Positions 13,085 to 24,553 of a DNA stretch of 64,000 nt are shown piece by piece. The DNA lies in assembly GCF_009914755.1 (NCBI RefSeq), contig NC_060932.1. The stretch is one strand, 5' to 3'. The translations under genes and the position numbers were made by a program. Each line of letters begins with the position of its first letter. The first letter of the stretch is position 1. The notes under the pieces were generated by a model that saw nothing but the letters and a program-made list of their open reading frames with translations, was not told where the DNA came from and did not search any database. Source of the DNA: the human T2T-CHM13v2.0 reference genome, Homo sapiens.

Positions 13085-13310
13085 GCAGTGGGTTGCGTTG
13101 GTTAGGAGCTGCACACAGCGCCTGGCAGCCTGGGGTTGAATCCTGGCCCCACCACTCACTAGCCACACAGCCTTGGGCGAGCTACTGATTCCCTGGTGCC
13201 TCCGTTTCTTCTTATGAAAAGGGCGTAACGGGAGTTCTTAGTTCAGCCTGTCACTGTTAGGATGATCTCTGTAAATACATGCAATCACCTAAAACAGTGC
13301 CTGGCATGTA
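13085..13310 (+). mobile_element. MIR SINE
   Basis: GGTTGAATCCTGGCCCCACCACTCACTAGC...CTTGGGCGAG...AACAGTGCCTGGCATGTAA. Confidence 0.75.
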
Positions 13311-13412
13311 ATGTGCGTGTGTGTGCGTGTGTGCATGTGTTACGTTTCATGCATATCTATTTCCCAACTGGACTATAAGTTTCTCTGAGTTCCAGTATAA
13401 AAATGTATTTCA

Positions 13413-13720
13413 GGCCAGGCTTAGTGGCTCACACCTGTAACCGCAGCACTTTGGGAGGTCAAGGCAGGAAGATTGCTTGAGCCCAGGAGTTCAAGACCAG
13501 ACCAGCCTGAGCAACATAGTGAAACCTCATCTCACAAAAAAAAAAAAAAAAAAAAAAGATGTTTTAATTAGCCAGGCATGCTAGCATGCACCTGTAGTTC
13601 CAGCTACTTGGGAGACTAAGGTGGGAGGATCACCTGAGCTCAGGAATCTGAAGCAAAATGAGCTCTGATTGCAGCACTGCACTCCAGCCTGGGGGGACAG
13701 AACAGGCCCCTGTCTCTAAA
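13413..13720 (+). mobile_element. Alu SINE (AluJ-like) with an expanded central A tract
   Basis: GGCCAGGCTTAGTGGCTCACACC start; about 22-nt A run between the monomers. Confidence 0.93.
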
Positions 13721-14339
13721 ATATATACATAGATATAAAAATAATAATGTACTTCTTGCTACCTTCTAGGACTGTGGTGATGCAAGTGAAGGAGGCATTC
13801 AAAACTGGATGGACAGTTCTATAAGAACCCTAGTGCTAGGGGTGGCTCAACACTGGGATGAACTAGCTTGGGATTGGAATGCCACCCATCAGCACAGCTG
13901 TAGGACTTCAGGACAGCACAGTCTCCCATCAGGGGATTTCCCAAGCCATGAAGATTCCCCTTAAAATTCTGAATGTCCCTTGCCATCTCCTACCCCCAAA
14001 AGAGCCCCTTACATAAATTCTGTTGCTCCACCTGCTCTGCTTGGTGCCCAGCCCCGCCCCTTTCCGCTCCCCACACCCCACAGACAAAAGGCTGTGGTTG
14101 ATTGATGATGACAGTGACCCACCACTGACCCCTCCAACCCAGTCCCACTGCTGCCCATGAGGTGCTCAGTCCACAGCCTCCAGGGTTGTTTGAAATGCAG
14201 ACCCCCACCCTATGGGGCTGTTGGTTTTCTTCCACGTGTGAAGTGGGATCTTTGATGTGTGCCCTACTGGGGTGTCTCCAAAGGTCTGGGTCCTGGGATC
14301 ACTGCCTACAGCAGTCTACTCACCAGCCTGCCTTTATGT

Positions 14340-14550
14340 GGTTCAGGGCATGAGGCTAGACAGATCTGGGTTCCAATCCCGACTTTTGGGCACACTTACC
14401 AACTCTGTGCTTCTCCCATCTCTGAACCTCGGATTCCTTATTGTGAAGAAGAGACATAAGGTATAGCCCAGAGAATTACTGAAAGGTTTAAATTAGATAA
14501 TACATAAAGCTTTGGCCACAAGGAGGACACATTGTAATCAATAAATGATT
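14340..14550 (+). mobile_element. MIR SINE
   Basis: TGTGGTTCAGGGCATGAGGCTAGACAGATCTGGGTTCCAATCCC...TAAATTAGATAATACATAAAG. Confidence 0.65.
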
Positions 14551-14565
14551 TTAGCCATAGTGAAC

Positions 14566-15100
14566 AGGAGGAGGCTGAGGTGGAGGAGGAGGAGGAAGAG
14601 AAGAGGGAGGAGGAGGAAAGGGAGGAGGAAGAGGAGGAGGAGATTGAGGAAAAAGAAGAGGAGATGGAGGAGGAAGAGGAGGGGGAGAGGGAGGAAGAAG
14701 AATAAGAGATAGAGGAGGAAGAGGAGGAGGAGATGGAGGAAAGAGAAGAGGAGATGGAGGAAGAAGAAGAGGAGATGGAGGAAGAAGAAGAGGAGATGGA
14801 GGAGGAAGAGGAGGAGGAGATGGAAGAAAAAGAAGAGATGGAGGAGGAAGAGAAGGGGAAGGAGAAGGAGTAAGAGAAGGAGGAGGAGGAAAAGAAGGAG
14901 GGGGAGGGGGAAAAGAAGGAGGAGATGGAGGAGGAAGAGGAGGAGGAGGAAAAAGAGGAGAGGGAGGAGATGCAAGAGGAAAAGAAGGAGGAGGAGGAAA
15001 AGGAGGAGGGGGAGGAGATGGAGGAGAAGGAAAAGGAGGAGGGGGAGAAGATGGAGGAGGAAGCGAATGCAGAGGGATGGAGATGGAGGAGAGGAGGAGG
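14566..15100 (+). repeat. GA-rich low-complexity tract (GAG/GAA triplet-based)
   Basis: About 530 nt of almost pure purine on +, with recurring GAGGAGATGGAGGAAGAA units. Confidence 0.95.
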
Positions 15101-15241
15101 TTGTTGTAATCATGGAAAGGCAGGGAGTTGTCTGTGAGGACTCACTTTGACTCCATTCTGTCCTTCTTCTTCTTCTTATACTAACCCCCTTGATCTTCCT
15201 TTCCCTAGAAGAGGGGCATGCCAAGCGTCTTCCTTTTGCAT

Positions 15242-15242
<1 letters not shown>

Positions 15243-15275
<33 letters not shown>
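15243..15275. repeat. (CA)n microsatellite
   Basis: Direct reading. Confidence 0.95.
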
Positions 15276-15279
<4 letters not shown>

Positions 15280-15680
15280 CATGTTACCAACAGCTTTTTA
15301 TTTAACTTTCTCCCTGCCCAGAGCTTCTCTTCACTGACTGTCTGGGACAAGCCAGCGCCGTGGAGCTGTCTCTTTTTCATTTCTCAGCCTCACTGGCCAT
15401 TCCAGGTATCTGCTGATGGGGCTCTTGGCCCTTATAGCCAAGCTGCCCAAGACTTGACTTGCTCTTTTTACCAAAAAAAAAAAAAAAAACTATTTCCACT
15501 AAACCACTGAGCATTTCATATGTCGTAATTTTAAAGCCACTTCTTTACTCATTTCTTCCGTTTATTTGCCTAGTCCTCAAGAAATATTTGCTTGATGTGA
15601 CTTCTTGGAACCAAATGTTGGTACCCAACTGAAAGGGATGGAGCCCTCCGAACTTGGAAGTTCCGCTGAGGATGAGGGCG

Positions 15681-15692
15681 GCCGCCATTTTG
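15681..15692 (-). promoter_or_regulatory. YY1 consensus binding site
   Basis: GCCGCCATTTTG (CAAAATGGCGGC on minus) is the extended YY1 motif, in a repeat-free block that retains CpGs. Confidence 0.6.
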
Positions 15693-15914
15693 AAACGAAC
15701 AGACTCCAAAAGCACGCTCCACTGGGCCTGCCCCTGCGATCTTAAAACAGATGTCCGTGAAATGTGACCCATGAATAGCAGTTATCTGGAGAGAGAGCTC
15801 TGAAGCTGATGAAACCATTAGAGCCACTGAAGGCACCTGGTAAATGCGATGCGGGGAGTACAGAAGAGAGAATCAGAAACACACCGGCACTCTCATTCCC
15901 ATGAGGCCACTTAC

Positions 15915-15952
15915 AGTGGGTAAAACGTCGCTTGAGAAGAGCGGGTAGGTGG
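15915..15952 (-). other. Candidate 38-nt internal exon
   Basis: Minus strand reads ...CTTCTTTCCTCTC...TTCCTGCTTGCCCCAG|CCACC...CCCACT|GTAAGT, with about 55 nt free of AG upstream of the acceptor. Confidence 0.3.
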
Positions 15953-16254
15953 CTGGGGCAAGCAGGAATGTAGAATCGTGTTTGCATTTGAGAGGAAAGA
16001 AGGGTTGGCCTACCGCAGAGTTCCAGCCCCATGGCCATGCATTCTCTCTCCACCACTCTCTCGCTAATCTCTCTCTCCCTCCAGATATACCTCTCTTTCT
16101 TCCTCTGTCTCCTCCCAGCCTCTTTGTCTCTTTCTACTCTCCTCTTCTCCCCGTTGACCTACCTCTGAGTTCCAGCCCAGCCCCACAAGCCCCACATTCT
16201 CTTTTTCTCTTCCCTCCTCCTCCTTCTCCTCTCTCTCTCTCTCTCTTAGGCCTC

Positions 16255-17210
16255 GCTCATGGGGACTTTAATGACAAGAGAAACCAGACTTTGTATACTC
16301 TTCATGGTAAGAGAATGAGGAGGGACAGATGAAAGCCGAGGATAAAAGAACGTTGCAAGGCTAGAATGAGATAACCCCATTAAAGAATGTCCATAAACAT
16401 CTCTGAAAAACACCTTCCCCTGGAAAGGCAATGGTGGGGGAAGAGATTTTTTCAGGCCTCGATTCCAGGAAGCTCATAGGACAAAGAGATTTTTTTCCCT
16501 GAAAGAACTCCAGAGATGCAACTGCCTCTCTACTCTCCCGTCTCCACATCCCAGGATGTTCAGAGCAGGGACAATGGGGCCTTGATGGGGAGAGGGTCTG
16601 GGGGTGAGGAACTTAAAGAACTGAAATATAGAGACCCTAAGCAGAAGCACTCATCTACTCCCCCTGGAGCAAAATGAACCCGGGGAGGGGGAGGAGAAAG
16701 AGGGTGGGGGGAGCTTTCCAAGCCGAAGGAGTCGCTGAGTTAAATTACAGGGGCCTGGGAGGGATGATTAACAGCTCTCATGGTTTTCTGCTTCACAGCC
16801 ATTACTCACGCTAAACCTGAGGCTTCTCGGTTACATAGCCCAGCGCGGGCCGACCATTTTTTCCATTGACTGAAAACACATTCCGACTGAAAACAAACTT
16901 TGGATCCCCAAGGCTTGGCAAGCCCTGGGTCCTCCTCCATATTTAATCAACGGGAAGCTAAACACTTTCAATCTGTGATGGCTCATTTGGACGGGGTCTC
17001 GGGGCTTTTGCTTGGTGCCAGATATAATAACTCTCCTTTCTCTTTTCTAAGGCCTATTTTATAATTTTGCTGTTTTTCAATGTCAAGCCCATCTTTTGAA
17101 GAATTTTTATTGGATTTCCTGCTAGACTTCAACGAGGATTTTTCTTACTTTGGCAGAAATATCAAGCAGAACAGGGGAAAAACTCAATCGTCATCTTGGA
17201 AAGTCGCGAT
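16255..17210. promoter_or_regulatory. Candidate conserved non-coding / enhancer block
   Basis: No recognisable repeat; TAAT/TGATTA cores, a SOX-like ACAAT and CpG retention. Confidence 0.3.
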
Positions 17211-18009
17211 GGCGTGTGTGTGTGGAGGGGAGAGTCCTTTGTTTGCACACAAACAGGTTTCTGGAAGGCTAGAGCCCCAGTTGCCAGCTTCGAGGGGCCC
17301 TCTAACTTCTGAGTCATGGGGTGAAAGTTGACATGGCAAGGCAGATGGATGTGGGAAGAGAGAGGAAGTTGGAACAGGATAAGGAGAGAGGCGTGAGTGT
17401 GTGAGACGGCTCAGGGCAGTTAAGATTCTACTCTCGGCCCAGGGCACAAACTCTGACACTGCCAGGCACAAAAACTGCTGGGACATTGAAGGCCAGGGAG
17501 ACAGTGCCCACTCAGGGGGCAGCGGACAGACTCTTACCCAACAGCATGGCCCCCTCAGAGCTGGCAAAACCCCAAGAAGGGGCAGGAAGGCCCCGTCCCA
17601 GAGGCTGCCATTCTACTAGCATAGCCGTGGCCTGTGTGCCTGCTCAGGGCAATGCTGAGATCTTTAATTTTTCTTCACAGAGATTAATCCCCAGAGGAAG
17701 CAGCTTGCCAGTGAATGACAGCTTTTGTTTGCTCATGTTTTCCTCTCCTCCCAGAGTCAACTTTCAGAATATACCAGGATGTTCCCTCTCACTTGACTTT
17801 CTTTTCTTTTCTTTTCTTTTCTTTTTTTTTACTGGAGGAGAGGGGAGGCTCCACAGCATATTATCCAAAGGCGAGGCAGATGGTTCTTTGTCCAATAGTG
17901 AGAGAGGGGAGAGAGGGGCCATTGGTCTTCTCTTTTTGTGTTTTACGTTTTTACTTCTCATGTTGAGATGTTGTAACGGCACTTCATACCTCCTCGGCCG
18001 CTGTTGTCT

Positions 18010-18200
18010 TCACAATGCACAGAACATGTTCCATGTCATGTCATCTTGCTCTTCCCACACAACTCTTCTGTGGGGCAATACTGGTTTTGGAATTGCCATT
18101 TTAGAAGTGAGCAAACAAGACTCAGATCAAGTGACCCAGCTCAAGTCTCATGGGCAGGAAGTGGACAAACCAAGGTCTGAACCAAAGTGAGTGCTTTTTC
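18010..18200 (-). mobile_element. MIR SINE
   Basis: CCATTTTAGAAGTGAGCAAACAAGACTCAGA...AGTGACCCAGCTCAAGTCTCA. Confidence 0.6.
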
Positions 18201-18449
18201 TACCAGGCTACAAAATGGAATGTTGCAGGGAGCTGCCTGCCCAGTGAGTGAGTCCTCTCCTCTCCCTGTGCTGGGTAGAGTTCTCAGTGTAGATTCCCTG
18301 GGGCAGAACACACTGAGAGTTGCATGGTGATTTTTACCCCATCCACCAACTGCATATCAAAGTCTCTGCAGGCTAGATTACGAGACCAGGCGTCCAAAGC
18401 ATCTAAGCCACTGCTCCCCACTCCTTCCACTTCCAGTGGCAAAAAGGAC

Positions 18450-18738
18450 TCAAATAGACTCAATCCACAAACGTTCTGTGGAATACCCACTCAGGGCTAG
18501 AATATTGAGGGATTTGGTGCAAGGAAAAGATACCCTCCCTGCTCTTAAGGAGTTTACAGTCCAGATGAGGAGACAAAGCAGAGAACCCTATATCATTACA
18601 ACTGCTAAGAACCTTGGAGATCAGCCATCTAAACCCCGTGTTTAGCAGTAAGGATATGGGACAGTTCAGGGAACCGAGGAGTGGATCAAGAGGGGCAATA
18701 GGAAACAGTGTTGCGTTTCATGCTGAAGAGTACAGTGG
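18450..18738 (-). mobile_element. L2 fragment, interrupted by an Alu
   Basis: CCCTGCTCTTAAGGAGTTTACAGTCCAGATGAGGAGACA is typical antisense L2. Confidence 0.6.
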
Positions 18739-19045
18739 GGCAACTGGCGCGGTGGCTCACACCTGTAATCCCAGCACCTATGGAGGCCAAGGCAGGAGGA
18801 TCACTTGAGCCCAGAAGATTGAGACCAGCCTGGGAAACATAAGGAGACTGTGTCTCTATAAAAAAATATTTTTTAAAAAATTAGCCAGGTGTGATAGCGT
18901 GTACCTGTAGTCCCAGCTACTTGGGAGGCTGAGGGTTGGAGGATGGCCTGAGCCCAGGAAGTCGAGGCTACAGTGAGCCATGATCATGCCACTGCACTCC
19001 ATCGTGGGCTACAGAGGGAAACCCTGTCTCAAAAGAAAAAAAAAA
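18739..19045 (+). mobile_element. Alu SINE (AluJ-like)
   Basis: GCGCGGTGGCTCACACCTGTAATCCCAGCA...CCCTGTCTCAAAAGAAAAA; degenerate TSD AAGAGT...GTGGGG. Confidence 0.93.
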
Positions 19046-20559
19046 GAGTGTGGTGGGGTCTGCAAGCTGGTCAGAGAATGCTAATTGGTCCAGACACACT
19101 CTAGGAGAACATAAAATTTGGTCTCCATCTTGAAGCATATATAGCACTGAATAGATGGACAGAAAGACAGGTGCCACAAAAGCAGAAGGAAGAAGGCAGA
19201 CTGAAGTCTAGTGTGCCTGCGGGACAGTGAGGGGCTGGAGTCGAGAGAGAGGGAGGAGAGGAAAAAACCAAGGCTGAAAATTTGGATGAAGCCAGACCCT
19301 GGAGGATCTTCAGCAGTCAGGAGGAACATGCATGCAAAGCCAGAAAGAAGATAGTTGATGGTCAGGGTTTCAGGGCTTGCTGACCAATGAAACCCTGGTC
19401 CTGTAATTCTGTAAGCTCCAGACCATTTCCTCCACAGCCACACCTACCAACCCATCTAAATTGACAGCCCCGGAGGCTGGGGGCACACGGAGGTCCCACT
19501 GCGCACTATTCTGTGAGTCTGGATTGAGTAGCACTGCCACGGGGTTCACCTAGCCCAACACATTCAGGTCATCCGGCCGCACACCCACAGTCCACCCTTT
19601 TCTCATTCCTGCAGCCACCACCTCCATGTTTCTGTGAGCTCCCCAACCCCAGGCCCTCCTCCCTGGCTCTCCAGGACGCCCCAGGCAAGGACTGGTTTGT
19701 CCAAGCTGGAAGAGCAAAGAGTGAAAGGGCCAGGGAGGAGGAGGCTGCTTTGGGGTCAGTAGGAGCTCACATTGGCAGACTAGGACATCAGAGAGGAACC
19801 CCTTTCTGCAGGACAGCAGAGACACAGTGAATGGACATCTGGGGCCAAATTCCTCCAGCGCACGGGGACCCTGAGGGCACGAAAGCCAGAAAGAGGACCC
19901 CGCTGTGTCCCTGGCCTCCTACTGCACACTCCTGTGGCTTGAACATCTCCATCAGCTGTTGCTTTTTTTTACCTTGTACCTCACTTTACCCATTTTAGCC
20001 TAAAAACAAGAACGTCTGCCCTCTTCCTTCTTAACCAAGACTGAGATGAGGACAAGTCAGACCCTTCAGACCCATCGTTTCAGGGACCAGGTGTGGCAGC
20101 TGTTGCAGCTAAAACTCACAATGACCATAGTAATGTCATCGTTCCTCTGCTTCCAAAAACAAAGCCTGTCTGCGTTCATTAACAGCCCTTTGTTCTTCTA
20201 GCAGCTCCAGCCTGAATGAGAAGCACGTCCTCCTGGGAGTTACGTCAGCAGCCTGACCTTCCATCTTCCTCCTCTAAAGAAGCGTCCCTGCCACCCTGAG
20301 CACGAAGCCCTCGGGTTCCTAAAGGCCGAGGCGCTTCTTCTCATTTACTTCCCTTGAGGAAGAAAGACCAGCCCATCCACCCTCATTTCCCACCGAAGGG
20401 CATCGCAAATAAAGTTTGCCCACGCAACCAGGCCACCACCATTAATTTCTCTCTGCCCTGCTCTTACATTCTCCTCAAGGTTTTCAGTCCCCTAGAGAGG
20501 CTCCCTTCCCTCTTTTCTTTCCTTCCTCCAGCCCCCCTTTTCACCTCCCTCCACCATTG

Positions 20560-21490
20560 TTTGAGGTTAAGAAGCATGCTACGGTGTTCTATAAATCACT
20601 TGGCAAGAGTAGACGACAAAAGCAAAATATAATTCAGATTAAAGTCATCCTCCCGCTGAAATGATAGTTTCTTAAATAAATGGCGATGCTGCCTATCAAT
20701 CTTGCTGGCAACTGGTCCTCTCATATTCATCTTTCTGGGGGTGATTTAGGATCCACCTGGGTCCTCCGAGAAGATTCTCCCATCATTTCCTTCCCGTCTC
20801 TCTGGATCTTGCTGCTGGGCTTGGCGCAGTTGACAAATTCTCCAAGTAATCCCTCAAAAGATTGGAGAAATGCTCCGAACGCTCCATTAAACTTATTTTC
20901 CATGCTTTAAGAGACCCAAAACTATGTCCAATAAATAAGTGTTCCCTGTGATTTACTGAAATGCTCCTCTGATTTAAAGTTATAGAGGGAAAAATATGGC
21001 GCCCCTGGGAGGGAAGGACCAGCCTCACAAGTGAGACCAGATGTGAGATTTCTGCCCGGGGAGGGGAGAAGAGGGGGAAAAAACAACCCAAGTGGTGGAG
21101 GTTTGAAAGTGACAATGTCTGAACCCAGGCTCTCGGCTTTAACATAAAAGGTCCCCAGTTGAACATTCTTTCTCACAAAATTTATTGTGGTTGTAGTTAG
21201 AGGGGGAACCATCAAAAGAGTAATTCTGGCCCTTGTTTTGCAGAGCTCTTTTGATAAATATGATACTTAGAAATATGCCTCCCACTAGACAGAAAAGCCA
21301 TATAGTTAAAATGAAGTAATCTGTCAGTAAACTCGCTAGAATCAAAGCCAAAATGAAACCTGTAAAAGGAGAAGGGGGAAAAAATCTCCACTTAGAAACG
21401 TTTGAGTCAAGCAGGGGAGAAGGTAGAGATTAAGAATTGTCCTTTATTCAGATATTTTTATCTACGGAGTTAAAAGCGGAGATTTATTTT
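20560..21490. promoter_or_regulatory. Candidate enhancer block (PBX-HOX-like sites)
   Basis: Repeat-free and AT-rich; TGATTTAT on minus at 20591-20598, TGATTTAC 20949-20956, TGATTTAA 20970-20977. Confidence 0.35.
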
Positions 21491-23329
21491 TAAAAGGGGC
21501 TATTTATGTTCCAATCTCCAACAGATGGGTCTGTGTTCCTGCCTCGCTCATGCAGCTCAGGCTCAGCAAAAAAACAGCTTCTCTTCTGAGCTGAAACTTA
21601 CCCAAAAGAAGGAGGAATAAAAACTTTGGGAAACAAATGTAACCTTTGGAGCTGCTTGGTAAATATTGGAACTGTTTACTATGGAGGCCCAGATGTGTCA
21701 AAACCAAGAAACAAACAGGAACCAGCAAAAACAGATGTGAAGACTAGACATGTATACATATTAACCATGTATTACATATGCATATGTGTGCACACGTGTC
21801 ACTCATGTACTGATTCCCAGAGGGCTGGATAACTTCGGCCAAGAAAATTCCCACTGGGGAAGAGACATCATCCATAGGTTATCCCAAATAGTTCTATCTT
21901 AGGAGTCCACTTCTCTGAGTCTCTCTTCACGTGATCAATCACTTGTTTAGAAAATATTTCTCATGGTCAATAACAGAAAATTTTTACATTAGCTCCACTA
22001 GTGAAATTACCCTCAAAGCATTTCTTGCACCAAAAGAAACCAGACTCCATGGCTGCATCAGCGACTGGGCTAGCCACTCTGGAAACAGGTTCCCAAGCCT
22101 TCAAGAGCTGCCAAGCCATCCCAGAATAAAGCGCCCCTCCTCACCGAGCAGCAGGCTCTGGTCTGTGCAGCTTCCACAAGGCCTGATCCCAGGAAAAGCC
22201 TTCCTGCTTCCCAGGGACTTCCCCATTCCTGTCCCCAAAACAACGCCTGAGGCTGTCAGCCTAGAGAAGGGGAAGTCCCCACCACCCCGTCCCAGGATGC
22301 GAGGCAGGAAGACATTTACCCCACCTGCGGGACAAAAAGATTAAGGCCCACGGTGTGTATACAGCCTCGGGCCAATTACAGTTTTCAAATTCTCCCACTC
22401 CCTCCACTGGCATTTGTCCTAGAGTGAAATGTGCCTAAAATGAAGAGGAGAAAGACAGAGGATAACAGAAGGGTGTCAGGGAAGGAGTCTTAAATATCAG
22501 ATGACCCCAAATCTGACCCTGGTTCTGCAATAAAGTGTCTATGTGACCTGAGACCAGTGGCTTCACCAACCGGAACCCCAGTTTCTTCCATCTGTGGTGA
22601 AGCGTTGAACCAAATGACCTCCTGCTTCTCAGACTCCCAGAGATGGTCCCTTTCTCAGGCCCCAGGGCCTCCCTCCCTCCAAGGCACCCCTGCAGGTCTG
22701 GACAGAGTTGGAGGGTGTGGGGTTGGAACGGCACCTGTGTTTACAATGGTACAATCTGCAGTTTACTGTAATAAAATCATTTAATACATTCATAATTTTT
22801 TTGGCAAGGGGTTGTGTTTATGGTGAGCAAGACAGAGAGGGAATGATTGACTAGGACTGATTAAAACGATAAATCAAAAACGAAGGCGGGAGGACATGAA
22901 GAGCGCAAAGCCACAGGCAAATCCAATTTAAGTCTCAGGCTCGGTGTCTTTGTGGGAACAGCTTGGCCTGAGGATGAGCCAGCCCTGGGGGTGGGGGCCC
23001 CGGGCCAGGGTGGGAGTGATGGGGCACAGAATCTGGCAGCTCAACCCAACAGGGTTTATCTTCACCGGGCTGAGAAATAAGGAAATGGTTTTACAAGAAC
23101 TCATTTCCTTGGGCCTCTGTCTTCAAAAGGATTTAGGAGGGCTGGAGAATAAAGGAGAGTGTGTGTGTGTGTCACATACGTGTGCATCCAGGTAGAATAA
23201 TTTGAGCAAGACCTAGAGGGACTTTCCAGAATCAAAATTATCTTTAAAGAAAAAAACGATCCTTCAAGTAAAGTATCTGAAACTCCACTGCTAGCAAGGA
23301 TTAGCAAACACTTCTGACCTTGCAAATGC

Positions 23330-23640
23330 TGTCCTTCAATAACTGAGTGCCTACTGCATGCCAGGCACTGTGCTGGGGCAGAAACAGATTGTTCACTTAA
23401 CGAATAATGAGCAAGTCCAAGCACTGTCCTAGGCCCCAGGGATAGAAGAGTGAAAAAAGAATCCCCGACCCCATGGAACTGCTCTTGTGGGCATTTACCT
23501 CCTTGTGAATTAAGCACTATGTTTGCCCCTGGAAAAACAGGCTTCCAGTCAACAGTTGTTTATACAACAGTGTGATAAATGCTATAACTCAAAGGTGTAC
23601 AAAGGGTCATTAATACTGAGGGGTTGAATTCTGATCCAGT
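23330..23640 (-). mobile_element. L2 fragment(s)
   Basis: ACTGAGTGCCTACTGCATGCCAGGCACTGTGCTGGGG and AAGCACTGTCCTAGGCCCCAGGGATAGAAGAGTGAA. Confidence 0.65.
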
Positions 23641-23644
23641 CTTT

Positions 23645-24235
23645 ATTATTATTATTATTCCACCCTTCTCACTCCCCGACCTCACTGTTCCATCACTCCC
23701 CACCCTGCTTCCATATGGACCCATTGTTTAACTCCCACATATAAGTGAAAACATGAGGTATTTGTCTTTCTGTGTCTGAGTTGTTTTATGTAGTGTTCTC
23801 CAATCCCACCCATTTTGCTGCAAAAGACCTGAATTCATTCTTTTTTATAGCTGAATACTATTCCATTGTGTATATATGCCACATTTCCTTTATCTAGTCA
23901 TCCATCGATGGACACTCAGGTTGATTCCACAGGCTGATTTGCTATCATGATTTGCTATCATGAATATTGCTGCGATAAACATACGCATGCAGGTATCTTT
24001 TTGATATACTGATTTCTTTTCCTTTAGATAGAAACCCAGTAGTAGGATTGCTGAGTTGAACGGTGGTTCTATCTTTAGTTCTTTAAGAAATCTCCGTAAT
24101 GTTTTTCATCCAGGTTGTACTAATTTACATTCCCACCAACAGTGTATAAAGTTTCCCTTTTCTCCACATCCTCTCCAACACCTGTTTAGGGTTTTTTTTA
24201 TTTTGTTTTGTTTTGTTTTGTTTTTAACTTTTTAA
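23645..24235 (-). mobile_element. L1 3' fragment (L1PB/L1MA-like)
   Basis: CTCCCACATATAAGTGAGAACATG...ATTCCATTGTGTATATATGCCACATTT...TTTACATTCCCACCAACAGTGTA. Confidence 0.9.
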
Positions 24236-24248
24236 TAATCTGAGCTGG

Positions 24249-24553
24249 GGCTGGGCATGGTAATCCCAGTAATCCCAGCACTTTGGGAGGCCAAGGCAGG
24301 AGGATACTTTGAGGTCAGGAGTTTGAGACCAGCCTGAGCAACATAGTGAGACCCCATCTCTACAAAAACTAAAACATTAGCTGGGTGTGGTGGCATGCAC
24401 CTGTGTGGTCCCAGCTACTTGGGAGGTTGAGGCGGGAAGATCGCTTGAGTCCAGGAATTTGAGGCTACAGTGAGCTATGATCACACTACTGCACCCCAGC
24501 CTGGGCAACAGAGCAAGACTCTGTCTCAAAATAATAATCGTAATAATAATAAT
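24249..24553 (+). mobile_element. Alu SINE (AluJ-like) with (TAA)n tail
   Basis: Dimeric Alu; TGAGCTGG repeated on both flanks. Confidence 0.93.

Noticed and set aside
14538-15380. 280-aa Leu/Phe-rich ORF and the Glu-rich ORF on the opposite strand
   Set aside because: Artefacts of the GA-rich tract, which lacks stop codons; not a membrane or acidic protein
17486-18190. 234-aa + strand ORF
   Set aside because: Non-ATG start, crosses a T-rich tract and ends in a MIR; no recognisable homology
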